64,000 bases of DNA from the NCBI GenBank assembly GCA_040005235.1, contig JBDTZG010000013.1:32001-96000 (forward strand), given 5' to 3'. This document shows, one piece after another, positions 47,350 to 57,128 of the stretch. Position 1 is the first letter of the stretch, and every line of letters begins with the position of its first letter. The stretch comes from Acidobacteriota bacterium (lineage in GTDB: Bacteria > Acidobacteriota > Thermoanaerobaculia > Multivoradales > UBA5704). The position numbers were made by a program, and so were the translations under genes. The notes beneath the pieces are model-generated. The model had not been told where the DNA came from. It did not search any database and saw nothing but the letters and a program-made list of their open reading frames with translations.

Positions 47350-48195
47350 GTGGACGAGAGGCGTGCCGGCTGGCTGTTGCTCGTCACCCTGGTGGCGCAG
47401 CTTGCCCTGCTCGGACTTCAGGTGCCGGGGGCGGGAGGCAAAGGAACCTACCTGGGGGTGCTCGGGTTGCGGCTGATCGGACCGTTCGCCCGCGGCATCA
47501 CAGGCGCCTCGCGGACGATCGGCGACTCGACCGAGAACCTGCGCTTCCAGCGCCACCTGGTCGAGGAAAACCGCCGCCTGCATCGCGAGGTGGAGGATCT
47601 GCATCTGCGTCTCTTGCAATTCGAGGACGTGCGGAGCGAAGCCGCCCGGCTGGCCGCGGCATTGCGCTACGCGCCGCCACCGATCGGCGATTTGCGCGCG
47701 GCCGACGTGGTCTATCTCGATTTTTCCTCCTGGCTCACGACCCTGGTGATTTACGCCGGGGGGCAGCCGGTCCGGCTCGACCAGGTGGTGCTCGCGCCGA
47801 CCGGGCTGATCGGCCGGGTGGTGGAAGTCGCACCGCCCTACGCCAAGGTGCAATTGCTCACCGACCGATCGGCGAGCGTCGGCGCCCTGATCGTCCGCAC
47901 CCGCCGGCAAGGTGTCCTGCGCGGGGGGGGCAGCGGCACCCTCGACCTCGAATACATCCCGATCCAGGCCGACGTCCGGGCGGGCGACCGGGTGCTCACC
48001 GCCGGGATCGACGGGATCTTCCCGCGCGGCATCCCGGTGGGCACGGTGGTCTCGGTCAAAGAGCTGGGCCAGCTGTTCCACGAGATCCGGGTGGCCCCTG
48101 CGGTCGATCTGCGGACCCTCGACCAGGTCTACCTGCTCGACTGGAAGCCGGTGCCCAAGGCTCTCGAGGAGGCCGCCGCCGATGGCCGCCATTAA
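47350..48195 (+). CDS. mreC: Rod shape-determining protein MreC
   Basis: TM, coiled coil, 'GLIGRV', 'TAGIDGIFPRGIPVG'; follows mreB. Confidence 0.95.
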   Translation: MDERRAGWLLLVTLVAQLALLGLQVPGAGGKGTYLGVLGLRLIGPFARGITGASRTIGDSTENLRFQRHLVEENRRLHREVEDLHLRLLQFEDVRSEAARLAAALRYAPPPIGDLRAADVVYLDFSSWLTTLVIYAGGQPVRLDQVVLAPTGLIGRVVEVAPPYAKVQLLTDRSASVGALIVRTRRQGVLRGGGSGTLDLEYIPIQADVRAGDRVLTAGIDGIFPRGIPVGTVVSVKELGQLFHEIRVAPAVDLRTLDQVYLLDWKPVPKALEEAAADGRH

Positions 48196-48706
48196 ATACC
48201 TCGCCGCGCTCGGCGCGGCCCTGCTGCTGCACCTGATCGGCGCCCGGATTCATCCCAACCTGCCGCAGGCGATCGACTGGTTCCTGCCCGTGCTGGTGCT
48301 GCTCGCGCTCTCCGGTTCGTCGTTTGCCGGAATCTCCGGAGGGCTTGCCGCCGGGCTGCTTCAGGACGGCCTGACCGGCGGGCTCTACGGTCTGCACGGC
48401 TTCGCCGATACCCTCGTGGGCTACGCCACCGCCCGCCTGGCCCAGCGCCTGGTGATACAGCGCGCGGTCGGGGTGTTCGCGATCGCGAGCTTCGCCTCCG
48501 CCCTCCAGCAGGTCATTCTGATCGCCCTTTCGCTTTTCCTGCTCCCCCAGGCGAGCGTGCCCGAGCCGTTCTGGGTCGTCGTGCGCGCTCTTACCACCGG
48601 CCTGGTCGGAATGCTGATCTACTCCGGTTCCGACCGCTTCCGCAAAGCGGCCGAAAGCCACCGCAAACAGCGCCTCTCCCGTTTACGCATGGACGCCCAG
48701 CCATGA
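48182..48706 (+). CDS. mreD: Rod shape-determining protein MreD
   Basis: Hydrophobic 174-aa ORF with 'GLLQDGL...G'; between mreC and mrdA. Confidence 0.9.
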   Translation: MAAIKYLAALGAALLLHLIGARIHPNLPQAIDWFLPVLVLLALSGSSFAGISGGLAAGLLQDGLTGGLYGLHGFADTLVGYATARLAQRLVIQRAVGVFAIASFASALQQVILIALSLFLLPQASVPEPFWVVVRALTTGLVGMLIYSGSDRFRKAAESHRKQRLSRLRMDAQP

Positions 48707-50499
48707 AGATCGTCCGCGAATTACGCCAAGACCTGATCGGCCGGATCTGGCTGCTGAACGCCCTGGTCACCGGTTTGCTGGTGGCGATCGCCTGCGCCTA
48801 TTGGTCCGCCCAGATCGTCGAAGGGGAGCACTACCGCGAGCTGGCCGAGAACAACCGGCTCCGCAAACTGCCGATCAAAGCGCCGCGCGGCCTGATCTAC
48901 GACCGCAACGGTCAGCTGCTGGTGGAAAACATCCCGAGCTACAACCTGCTGGTCGACCGCAGCCGGAGTCTCGACCTGAGCAAGGCGATCGCCTTCGTGG
49001 CGGGCGTGATCGGCCGGCCGGTTCCTGAGCTGGCGGCGATCCTCGAACGCGTGCGCTCGACCCCGGACTTCAAGCCGGTCCTCCTGGCCGAGCATCTGAC
49101 GCTCGAACAGGTGGCGGAGGTCTCGGCGCGTGGGCGCGAATACCCCGAGTTCGAGGTCGAGGTGCAAAACCTCCGCCTCTATCGTCACGGACCGCAGACC
49201 GCCCACCTCCTCGGCTATCTGGGCGAGGTGACTCAAGCGGAAGTCGATCGCTCCGACGGCGCCTACGCGGTGGGCGATCTGGTCGGCAAGCGCGGCATCG
49301 AGCAGGTGTTCGACAAAGTCCTCCGCGGGCGCGACGGCGAGCGGGTAGTGGTCGTGGACAGCCGCGGCAAGCTGCTCGACGAATACGGCCGGACGCCCGT
49401 CGAAGCCGGCCGGCCGCTCCGTCTGACGCTCGATCTGGATCTCCAGCAAGAGGCGATCCGGCAATTCGAAGGGGCCGAAGCCGTCGGGTCGGTGGTTGCA
49501 TTAGATCCGCGCAACGGCGAAATCCTCGCGCTCGTCTCGGCCCCGTCCTACGACCCCAACCTGTTCGCCCGCCGGCTCGGCCAGGAGGAGTGGAACGCGC
49601 TGATCGGCGCGCCCCACGACCCGATGCGCGACCGGGCGATCCAGAACACCTACTCTCCCGGCTCGGTGTTCAAGATCATGATGGCCGCGGCCGGCCTCGC
49701 CGAGGGGATCGTCAACGAGAGCGATTCGGTCTGGTGCGACGGTTCGGCGAGCATCTACGGCCACCGCTTCCGCTGCTGGAGCAAAGGGGGGCACGGCCGG
49801 GTCGACCTCCACGACGCGCTGGAGCACTCGTGCGACGTCTACTTCTACCATCTGGGCCAGCGGCTGGGAATCGATCGGATCGCCCGCTACGCGCGGATGT
49901 TCGGGCTCGGTTCGAAGACCGGCATCGAGCTGCGCGGCGAAAACGCCGGGCTGGTGCCCGATCCGGCCTGGAGCCTCGCGGCGCGCAAGCATCCTTGGTA
50001 TCTGGGCGAGACGATCTCGGTCGCGATCGGCCAGGGCCCCGTCCTCACCTCGCCGCTCCAGATCGCCGCGGTGACCGCTTTGATCGCCAACGGCGGCCGG
50101 CCGATCCGGCCCCATCTGATCCAAGGCGAGGAGGTCGAAGCGCCCGGCGCCGACCGGCCGCCGCTGCCGCCCCGCGCGCTCGAAGCGGTGCGCGAAGGAA
50201 TGGATGCGGTGGTCAACGATCCCGGCGGAACGGCCCGCACCGCCCGTCTTCCCAACGTGCGCGTGGCGGGCAAGACCGGCACCGTGCAGGTCATCGGCCA
50301 GGCCTCGCGGACCAATCCCAACTCTCTGCCGTTCCGTTTCCGCGACCACGGCTGGTTCACCTCGTTCGCTCCGGTCGATCATCCCGAGATCGTGGTCGTC
50401 GCCTTCGTCGAGCATGGCGGCTCGGGCTCGAAGGCGGCGGCGCCGATCGCAAAGGCTGTCCTTGCCAAATATTTCTCGACCGCTAAACAGCGCCGCTAG
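48703..50499 (+). CDS. mrdA: Penicillin-binding protein 2
   Basis: 'APRGLIYDRNG', SxxK 'PGSVFK', 'SCDVYFY', 'GKTGT'. Confidence 0.96.
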   Translation: MKIVRELRQDLIGRIWLLNALVTGLLVAIACAYWSAQIVEGEHYRELAENNRLRKLPIKAPRGLIYDRNGQLLVENIPSYNLLVDRSRSLDLSKAIAFVAGVIGRPVPELAAILERVRSTPDFKPVLLAEHLTLEQVAEVSARGREYPEFEVEVQNLRLYRHGPQTAHLLGYLGEVTQAEVDRSDGAYAVGDLVGKRGIEQVFDKVLRGRDGERVVVVDSRGKLLDEYGRTPVEAGRPLRLTLDLDLQQEAIRQFEGAEAVGSVVALDPRNGEILALVSAPSYDPNLFARRLGQEEWNALIGAPHDPMRDRAIQNTYSPGSVFKIMMAAAGLAEGIVNESDSVWCDGSASIYGHRFRCWSKGGHGRVDLHDALEHSCDVYFYHLGQRLGIDRIARYARMFGLGSKTGIELRGENAGLVPDPAWSLAARKHPWYLGETISVAIGQGPVLTSPLQIAAVTALIANGGRPIRPHLIQGEEVEAPGADRPPLPPRALEAVREGMDAVVNDPGGTARTARLPNVRVAGKTGTVQVIGQASRTNPNSLPFRFRDHGWFTSFAPVDHPEIVVVAFVEHGGSGSKAAAPIAKAVLAKYFSTAKQRR

Positions 50500-50527
50500 C
50501 CCTGAAGAGCGGCAGCCGCTCGCCCAC

Positions 50528-51601
50528 CTGGCGGCGATCGACGGCGGCCTCGCGTTCGCGGCGCTCCTGCTCGCGGCGGTGGGCCTCGCCACCGTTCACA
50601 GCGCAAGCTCCGAGCTGGCCGTCGACTATCTGCCGCGCCAGGCGGTCTGGGTGGGGATCGGCCTGGTCCTGCTGCTCGCCGCCATGAGCCTCGACTACCG
50701 GGTTCTGCTCGACCTGTCGCCCACGCTCTACCTCGGGAGTCTGGTTCTGCTCGGCTTGGTCCTGGTGCTCGGCGAGGTGCGCGGCGGGGCGCGCAGCTGG
50801 TTCGTCCTCGGTCCCTGGCAGTTCCAACCCTCGGAGCTGGCCAAATTGGCCACCACCCTTTTCGTGGCCCGCTTCTTGTCCGAAATCGATCAGCCGGTGC
50901 TCTCGCTGCGCCAGATCGCGACCGCGGTCGGGATCGTCGCGGCCCCGATGCTCCTGATCGTGGTCGAGCCCGACATGGGGGGCGCCGCGATGTTCGTCCC
51001 GCTGCTCGCCGGGATGCTGTTGATCGCCGGGGTCAAGCTGCGCTACCTGGTGATTGCCGCGATCCTTGCAACCAGCGTCGGCTTCGGCCTCTGGACCTTC
51101 GGCATGCAGGAGTATCAGCGCGAGCGGGTGATCACGTTCCTCCAGCCGGAGCGCGATCCGCTCGGCTCGGGGTACCACGTCCGGCAAAGCAAGATCGCGG
51201 TCGGCTCGGGCCAGCTGGTCGGCAAGGGATACATGCAGGGCACCCAGAGCCAGCTGCGGTTTCTGCCCGCGCGCCACACCGACTTCATCCTCGCCGTGCT
51301 CGCCGAAGAGTGGGGGTTCTTAGGGGTGGCGACCGTCCTCGGCCTCTATGCCCTCTACATAAGAAGCGGGGCGCGCATCGCCATGAGGGCGCGCGACCGG
51401 TCGGGCATTCTGGTGGTCGTCGGCCTGCTCTCGGTGTTCTGTTTCCACGTCCTCTACAACTCCGCCATGGTGGTTGGGTTCTTGCCGATCACCGGGATTC
51501 CCCTCCCCTTCCTGTCCTATGGCGGCACCTTCATGCTCTACAACTTCACCGCCACCGGAATCATCCTCGGCGTCGATCTGCGCCGCTACGTGAACCGGTG
51601 A
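50528..51601 (+). CDS. rodA: Rod shape-determining SEDS protein RodA (start codon uncertain)
   Basis: 'GARSW', 'QPSELAK', 'EPDMG', 'HTDFI', 'GIPLPFLSYGG'. No canonical start just after the mrdA stop; CTG 50528 is tentative (ATG 50414 or GTG 50579 are alternatives). Confidence 0.92.
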   Translation: MAAIDGGLAFAALLLAAVGLATVHSASSELAVDYLPRQAVWVGIGLVLLLAAMSLDYRVLLDLSPTLYLGSLVLLGLVLVLGEVRGGARSWFVLGPWQFQPSELAKLATTLFVARFLSEIDQPVLSLRQIATAVGIVAAPMLLIVVEPDMGGAAMFVPLLAGMLLIAGVKLRYLVIAAILATSVGFGLWTFGMQEYQRERVITFLQPERDPLGSGYHVRQSKIAVGSGQLVGKGYMQGTQSQLRFLPARHTDFILAVLAEEWGFLGVATVLGLYALYIRSGARIAMRARDRSGILVVVGLLSVFCFHVLYNSAMVVGFLPITGIPLPFLSYGGTFMLYNFTATGIILGVDLRRYVNR

Positions 51602-51685
51602 GCCGTCCCGCTCGCCGCGGGCCGACCGCCCCCGTGAAGGCGGGAAATGCGCAATTCCGCGTTCGTCCCTCATAATTCACCGCCC

Positions 51686-53197
51686 ATGGCAAACAAGCTC
51701 CTGGTCGAAAGCGACCCTCACCAGACCCGGATCGCGGTCCTCGAAGACGATCGGCTCACCGAGATCTTCGTCGAGCGCCATCGCCATCGCGGCCTGGTGG
51801 GCAACGTCTACAAGGGTCGCGTCACCCGGGTTCTGCCGGGCATGCAGGCGGCGTTCGTCGACATCGGCCTCGAACGCGACGCGTTTCTCTATGTCAGCGA
51901 CGTGGCGCCCGACGTCGAGGCGATCGAGGAATCCGACCCGATCGAGCTGGAGATGGACGAGCCGCGAGGCGAGGACTCTTCCGGCGCGCACCCGATGCCG
52001 TCGATCGACGACCTGCTCAAGGCGGGTCAAGAGATCATCGTCCAGGTGGTCAAAGATCCTCTGCCGAGCAAGGGCGCGCGGATCTCGACCCATGTGACCC
52101 TTCCCGGCCGCTATCTGGTGCTGCTCCCCACGGTTCGCCATTTCGGCGTCTCGCGCCGGATCGAGGACGAGCCGGAGCGCGAGCGCCTTCTCTCTGTGCT
52201 CGCCGAGCTGCCGACCTCAGGCGACGGCTTGATCGTCCGCACGGTCGGCGAGGGCCGGGGACGCGAGGAGTTCGAAACCGACCTCGCCTACCTTTCGAAG
52301 CTGTGGGAAAAGACCCGCCATCGCTCCGGCCGTGTCGCCGCGCCGACGCTGCTGCATCAGGATCTCGATCTCGCGCTACGGATCGTGCGCGACCTGCTGA
52401 CTTCCGAGTACAGCGTGCTCTGGGTGGACGGCGAAGAGACCTACACCCGGATCGTCGAGTTCCTCGACCAGGTGCAGCCGAACCTGGTGGGCAAGGTCCG
52501 CCTGTTCCGCCAGAACAACACGCTGTTCGAGCAGTTCGGCATCGAGGAACAGATCGAAGGCGCCCTCAAGAGCAAGGTCTGGCTCAAATCGGGCGGCTAC
52601 ATCGTGATCAACCCGACCGAGGCGCTGGTTGCGATCGACGTCAACACCGGCCGGTTCGTCGGTGAGAGCAACCTCGAAGACACGGTCCTCCAGACCAACC
52701 TCGAAGCGGTGGGCGAGATCGTCCGCCAAATCCGGCTGCGCGACCTGGGCGGCATCATCGTCATCGACTTGATCGACATGATCGAACCGGCGAACCGCGA
52801 ACAGGTGTTCGCCCGCCTGGAGACCGAGATCCGCAAGGACCGGGCGAAGACCAAGGTGCTGAACATCTCGGAATTTGGCCTGGTCGAGGTGACGAGGAAG
52901 CGCAGCCGCTCGAACCTGGAGCGCCTGCTCACCCAGACCTGTCCCTATTGCGCCGGCCGCGGCCGGATCAAATCGATCGCCACGATCTGCCTGAACATCC
53001 GCAAAGAGCTGCTCCGCCTGCGCGACCGCACCCACCCCTCGGAGATCCTGCTGCGCGTCCATCCGGAGGTCTCGCGCGCGCTCCAACAGGAGGAGCGGTC
53101 GATCCACGAAGAGGTCGAACGCTCGCTCGGAGCGAAGATCCTGATCCAGAGCGACCCCGAGCTTCACCACGAGCGGTTCGCCATCCTGGAAGTCTAG
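51686..53197 (+). CDS. rng: Rne/Rng-family ribonuclease (RNase G-sized)
   Basis: S1 domain 'GNVYKGRVTRVLPGMQAAFVDIG', 'IDVNTG', 'RLRDLGGIIVID', 'CPYCAGRG'. Confidence 0.95.
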   Translation: MANKLLVESDPHQTRIAVLEDDRLTEIFVERHRHRGLVGNVYKGRVTRVLPGMQAAFVDIGLERDAFLYVSDVAPDVEAIEESDPIELEMDEPRGEDSSGAHPMPSIDDLLKAGQEIIVQVVKDPLPSKGARISTHVTLPGRYLVLLPTVRHFGVSRRIEDEPERERLLSVLAELPTSGDGLIVRTVGEGRGREEFETDLAYLSKLWEKTRHRSGRVAAPTLLHQDLDLALRIVRDLLTSEYSVLWVDGEETYTRIVEFLDQVQPNLVGKVRLFRQNNTLFEQFGIEEQIEGALKSKVWLKSGGYIVINPTEALVAIDVNTGRFVGESNLEDTVLQTNLEAVGEIVRQIRLRDLGGIIVIDLIDMIEPANREQVFARLETEIRKDRAKTKVLNISEFGLVEVTRKRSRSNLERLLTQTCPYCAGRGRIKSIATICLNIRKELLRLRDRTHPSEILLRVHPEVSRALQQEERSIHEEVERSLGAKILIQSDPELHHERFAILEV

Positions 53198-53199
53198 GA

Positions 53200-55404
53200 G
53201 TGGCGGGCCCCGCCGTGCCGCCTCTCGAACCCCTGGGACCCCTGGGAGCCCTGGGACCACCCGCGCCGATCGATCTCCCCGCCTGGCGCGGCGAGATCGC
53301 CAGAGATTTTCTTCCCGCCGATCTACCCGCCGCGCTCGCCCACCTGACCGACCCGGGCGCCGCCACGCAGACGCTCCACTGGGGTCGCAACTACCTCTAC
53401 GCCACGCGCTTTCCGGGCTCGCCTACGGGTGAGGTGGTGGTCAAGCAATTCCGGGAGGAAAGCTGGGCCGCCCAACGCAGAAAGGCGCGGCGCGGCTCGA
53501 AAGCGGAGCGAAGCTTTCGGGCAGCCCGCGCCGTGCTCGGCGCCGGAGTGCCCAGCCCAGAACCGATTCTCTGGCTGGACGCAAAGGGCGACAGCGGTGT
53601 CTCCTTCTACGCCTGCCGCCGGATCGAAGGAATCGAAGTCCGCCATCTGTTCCGCGCCGCCGCGGTAGGCAAAGAGCGCGAAGAGTTCCCCGACCTCGAT
53701 CTGCCCCAAGTGCTCCAAGAGATCGGCCGCCTCGCCCGGCGCCTGCATGATGCGGGTATTCGCCATCGCGATCTCTCGGTCGGCAATCTCCTCGTCCGGC
53801 GTCCGGTTCCAGCGGGCGCGCCGGGCGAGCCGCCGGAGCTCTCGCTGCTCGATCTGAACCGCTCCCGGCTGGGGGTGACGCTCAACCTGCCGGCGCGGAT
53901 GCGTGAGTTTTCCCGCCTGGCGCTTTTCCGGCCGGAGCATCGCGAGCTGCTGCTCGCCGGATATTTTGGCCGCACGCCAACCTCCGCCGAGCGGGGGCTG
54001 CTCACGTTCTACCAGGGCGCGTTCGAGGCGAAAAATCGGACCAAGCGCGGAGTGCGGCGCGTCTTGCGGGGTGCCCTCTCCGCACTTCGACCTCGGCGAG
54101 CGCATCCGCACATCCCCCCCGCCCCGGAAGGGGCCGCGGCGCGCGACAAGGTGGTCTGGGACCGCCTGTCGGACCAGCCCCACCAGCACGCCGGCCGGTT
54201 CGAAAAACTCACCGCCCGCTTGACCGACCTCCCTTCGCACTGGAGCGCCGCATCGGCCGCTCTGCTCGCCGCGCCGCGCATCCGCCGCCGCTTCAAACAG
54301 CTGGAGTCGGAGCTTTTCCAAGGCCCGCGCCCGTTTGGTGGCATAGGAATCGGTCTCCGCCCCGAGCCGGAAGATCCCGAAGGGCTCCTTGCCCTGGTGG
54401 ACGAGCTGGGCTGCAAGAACATCCTCCTGCGCCTCCATCCCTGGCAGGAAGAACACAAAGCGGAAGAAGAGCTGGCGAAAGCGCTCGCGGCAAGAGGCTG
54501 CGACCTCCTCTTCGCCCTGCCCCAAAACCGCGATCTCGTTCGCGATCCCGCCCGCTGGCGCGCAAGCCTCGAAAAGATCGCCGAGACCTTTCTCCCCTAC
54601 GGCCACCGCTTCCAAATCGGCCAAGCCATCAACCGCAGCAAATGGGGAATCTGGACGCTCGGCGAATACCTCGACCTCGCCAAAATCGCCTCGGACGTGC
54701 TCCGATCGAAACCCGCCACCTCAGGCCAACCCGTCGAGCTGCTCGGCCCCGCGGTCATCGACTTCGAGCTCTACGCCACCGCCTCGGCCCTGAACGCAAG
54801 AGCCCCCGGTCTTCACTTCGACGCCGTCGCGAGCCTCCTCTACGTCGACCGCCGAGGAGCTCCCGAAAACACCCAAATGGGCCTCGACACCGTAGGCAAG
54901 CTCCGCCTCCTCCGAGCGATCACCGAGACCGCAAAGAACGTCAAAGAACACGAAGGCCGCCGCCGCTCCTGGGTCACCGAAGTCAACTGGCCCCTCTGGG
55001 AAGGCCCCCACTCCCCCGCCGGAAAATCCGTCTCGGTGGACGAACAGACTCAGGCGGATTACCTATCGCGGTACTACCTGCTGGCTTTGGCCTCCGGCAT
55101 GGCGGAACGGGTTTACTGGTGGCAGATGATCGCCCGGGGGTATGGCCTGGTGGATCGGGAAGACGGAGGGAAGCTCAGGCGCAGGGCGAGTTTTTTCGCG
55201 CTGAAAGAGCTGATCGCGGAGTTGGGCGGGACGACGTTCGAACGGCGGCTGGAGAGCCCGGCGGGGACTTATTTGCTGCTGTTTCGGCGGGGGGATGGGG
55301 TGGGGATTGTGGCGGGTTGGAGTTCGGGGGAAGTTGTGGAGGGGGAAAGTAAGGGTACAGAGCAAGCGACATCGCGCGCGAAGGTAATTTATCGGCGGAT
55401 ATAA
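53200..55404 (+). CDS. Fusion of Kdo/WaaP-like sugar kinase and GH-A-like glycoside hydrolase domain
   Basis: Kinase: 'VVVKQF', 'HRDLSVGN', 'LLDLN'. C-half: 'FQIGQAINRSKWG', 'LYVDRRGAPE', 'WVTEVNW', 'VYWWQM'. Confidence 0.75.
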   Translation: MAGPAVPPLEPLGPLGALGPPAPIDLPAWRGEIARDFLPADLPAALAHLTDPGAATQTLHWGRNYLYATRFPGSPTGEVVVKQFREESWAAQRRKARRGSKAERSFRAARAVLGAGVPSPEPILWLDAKGDSGVSFYACRRIEGIEVRHLFRAAAVGKEREEFPDLDLPQVLQEIGRLARRLHDAGIRHRDLSVGNLLVRRPVPAGAPGEPPELSLLDLNRSRLGVTLNLPARMREFSRLALFRPEHRELLLAGYFGRTPTSAERGLLTFYQGAFEAKNRTKRGVRRVLRGALSALRPRRAHPHIPPAPEGAAARDKVVWDRLSDQPHQHAGRFEKLTARLTDLPSHWSAASAALLAAPRIRRRFKQLESELFQGPRPFGGIGIGLRPEPEDPEGLLALVDELGCKNILLRLHPWQEEHKAEEELAKALAARGCDLLFALPQNRDLVRDPARWRASLEKIAETFLPYGHRFQIGQAINRSKWGIWTLGEYLDLAKIASDVLRSKPATSGQPVELLGPAVIDFELYATASALNARAPGLHFDAVASLLYVDRRGAPENTQMGLDTVGKLRLLRAITETAKNVKEHEGRRRSWVTEVNWPLWEGPHSPAGKSVSVDEQTQADYLSRYYLLALASGMAERVYWWQMIARGYGLVDREDGGKLRRRASFFALKELIAELGGTTFERRLESPAGTYLLLFRRGDGVGIVAGWSSGEVVEGESKGTEQATSRAKVIYRRI

Positions 55405-55408
55405 ATCA

Positions 55409-55969
55409 ATGAGTAAAATTAAGAACGTTCTGGCGACAATTTGGCCCCTAGCAGGTGGGGTGAGTGGGGTACTGATCACCCTCCTAATCTTGCTGGCCAG
55501 CGCAAAGAGTTGTTTCGTTAAATCCTGGAGCCCACCACCAACGCCAGAGGCATATCGAGTCGAAGGTGGAGATGGACGAACTCTCTATCTATTGACGTTT
55601 CCTGACCGAGAAGCAATTCTCGCATACTATACTTCAAAGGGAATGGAAATCTCTCGATCAGCTTGGAAAGGAGTGTACGGGTCTCATTTATTAGGGCGCC
55701 TATGGCACATTGAGGGTCCTAAGATCACGCTCGGCTATCGCATCTATCCGAAAGGGATTGAGCCGGTGGTGATGGAGATCACCACCATCAAAAATTTTAA
55801 ACTTGGCTCAGGGGATTCATCGTTTCCTCGAGAAGGTGAGCGAGGATACGAGGTTATCTTATTCGGCAGAGATCAAGTGGTGTTCAGCAAAATGACACTT
55901 GAGAGGTTTGTCATTGAACCTGAATTCGCCGCTAGCATTTCCAAGCTCGCTGGTCGCGATGGGGAGTAG
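55409..55969 (+). CDS. Hypothetical membrane-anchored protein, visibly lower GC
   Basis: 186-aa ORF with an N-terminal TM; AT-richer codons than the flanks. Confidence 0.6.
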   Translation: MSKIKNVLATIWPLAGGVSGVLITLLILLASAKSCFVKSWSPPPTPEAYRVEGGDGRTLYLLTFPDREAILAYYTSKGMEISRSAWKGVYGSHLLGRLWHIEGPKITLGYRIYPKGIEPVVMEITTIKNFKLGSGDSSFPREGERGYEVILFGRDQVVFSKMTLERFVIEPEFAASISKLAGRDGE

Positions 55970-56068
55970 CTGACAATCCGCTTCGACCGCGAGGTGCTGG
56001 AGTAGGGACGCACCTATGGAACCGCATAAGAAAAGCGCCACCTGAATCCGGCGGAGATCTGCCTTCGC

Positions 56069-56497
56069 CTACCGTCCCGGAACGATCCTGAATCTGCGCT
56101 TCCCCTCGATCCGGTAGGTTTCGAAATCGTCGTTGTCGATCGTGAAGATCGTAGTCAGGCCCTCGCGTCTCGCGAGATGGACCAAGGTGGCGTCGGCGAA
56201 ATCCATCGGCCGATCACGATATTTGTCCATGAGCGCCTGGAGGGCGGGAAGATCCTCGTCGCCGATGGGGAGTAGGGTCACCGCACCCGAGCGAAACAAA
56301 GTCCAGGCTGCCGCTTCCTGCCTCGAATCGTCCAGGAGGTGAAAAAGCTCAGCCAGTACGGCTGCCGAAGTTGCCAAAGGTAGACGAAGGGTGGGGAAAG
56401 CCTCGACGCAGCGCCGATGCCAACGGTCTTTGTGATCCAGGAAAGCGAGAAGGGCGCCTGTATCGGCAAGACCTCGAAGGGGTAGGTCACCGCCCAT
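56069..56497 (-). CDS. PIN-domain (VapC-like) toxin
   Basis: 'ADTGALLA', 'VLAELF', 'MDFADATLV', 'FTIDNDDF'. Confidence 0.92.
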   Translation of the reverse strand: MGGDLPLRGLADTGALLAFLDHKDRWHRRCVEAFPTLRLPLATSAAVLAELFHLLDDSRQEAAAWTLFRSGAVTLLPIGDEDLPALQALMDKYRDRPMDFADATLVHLARREGLTTIFTIDNDDFETYRIEGKRRFRIVPGR

Positions 56498-56771
56498 GGC
56501 GGCTGGCAATCCGAGCGCGGACTAGGGCACGAGCATTCTCGGCTCTCCCGGGATCCTTCCCTTCAATCGAGCCGGCGCACTTCATCGCAGCAGCGCGCAT
56601 CAGCTCTTCTTGCTCCTCGAAGCTTTCGCTTCTCCGAGATCGCTCCAGCCATTCCCGTGCGATCTGCTCGAGCAACTCGGCCAAGCTCTTGTCCTCGCTC
56701 TGAGCAGCGTCCTCGAGCTCAACCTTGAGGGGGAGGGAAAGGCGCCAGCTGTAGACTTCCGTTTTCGGCAT
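56487..56771 (-). CDS. RHH-type antitoxin
   Basis: 'EVYSWRLSLPLKVELEDAAQSEDKSLAELLEQI'; overlaps the PIN gene start. Confidence 0.85.
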   Translation of the reverse strand: MPKTEVYSWRLSLPLKVELEDAAQSEDKSLAELLEQIAREWLERSRRSESFEEQEELMRAAAMKCAGSIEGKDPGRAENARALVRARIASRHGR

Positions 56772-56827
56772 GCACCACAGTGTAGTACGCCTTCTCCGGC
56801 GTAGCAAGAACGCTGGCCGATCGGCGG

Positions 56828-57100
56828 TCAGGCCGTGGTCTTCTCGAATCGCGGACCGAACCGGCGCGCGTACGCCGATCCGGCTTGGCGCATCCAGACC
56901 TCGGCTTCGGGGTGGCGGGCATGCAGGCGATCCGATGCTGCCAGCTCGTCTCGATCCACCTCATAGTCCGAGGTCCGAACGTCGATCAGGACGAACTTAC
57001 CCTGATCCTCCGGGCTGAGGCGAGGCAGGATCTCGCGCTCGTAGACCTCGTCTCCCCGGCGGGCGAGGTCTTCACGAGCGGATCGGGCGGCGAGTGGCAT
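56828..57100 (-). CDS. Small hypothetical protein (DUF5678-like)
   Basis: 'ARRGDEVYEREI...GKFVLIDVRTSDYEV'; AAGGA SD; TAAAAT upstream. Confidence 0.7.
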   Translation of the reverse strand: MPLAARSAREDLARRGDEVYEREILPRLSPEDQGKFVLIDVRTSDYEVDRDELAASDRLHARHPEAEVWMRQAGSAYARRFGPRFEKTTA

Positions 57101-57128
57101 GGGCGATTCCTTGCGATGGATTTTAGCA

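Noticed and set aside
53231-53260. Collagen-like 9-bp microrepeat (PLGPLGALGP)
   Set aside because: Only about three units in a low-complexity N-terminal linker; no evidence of function.
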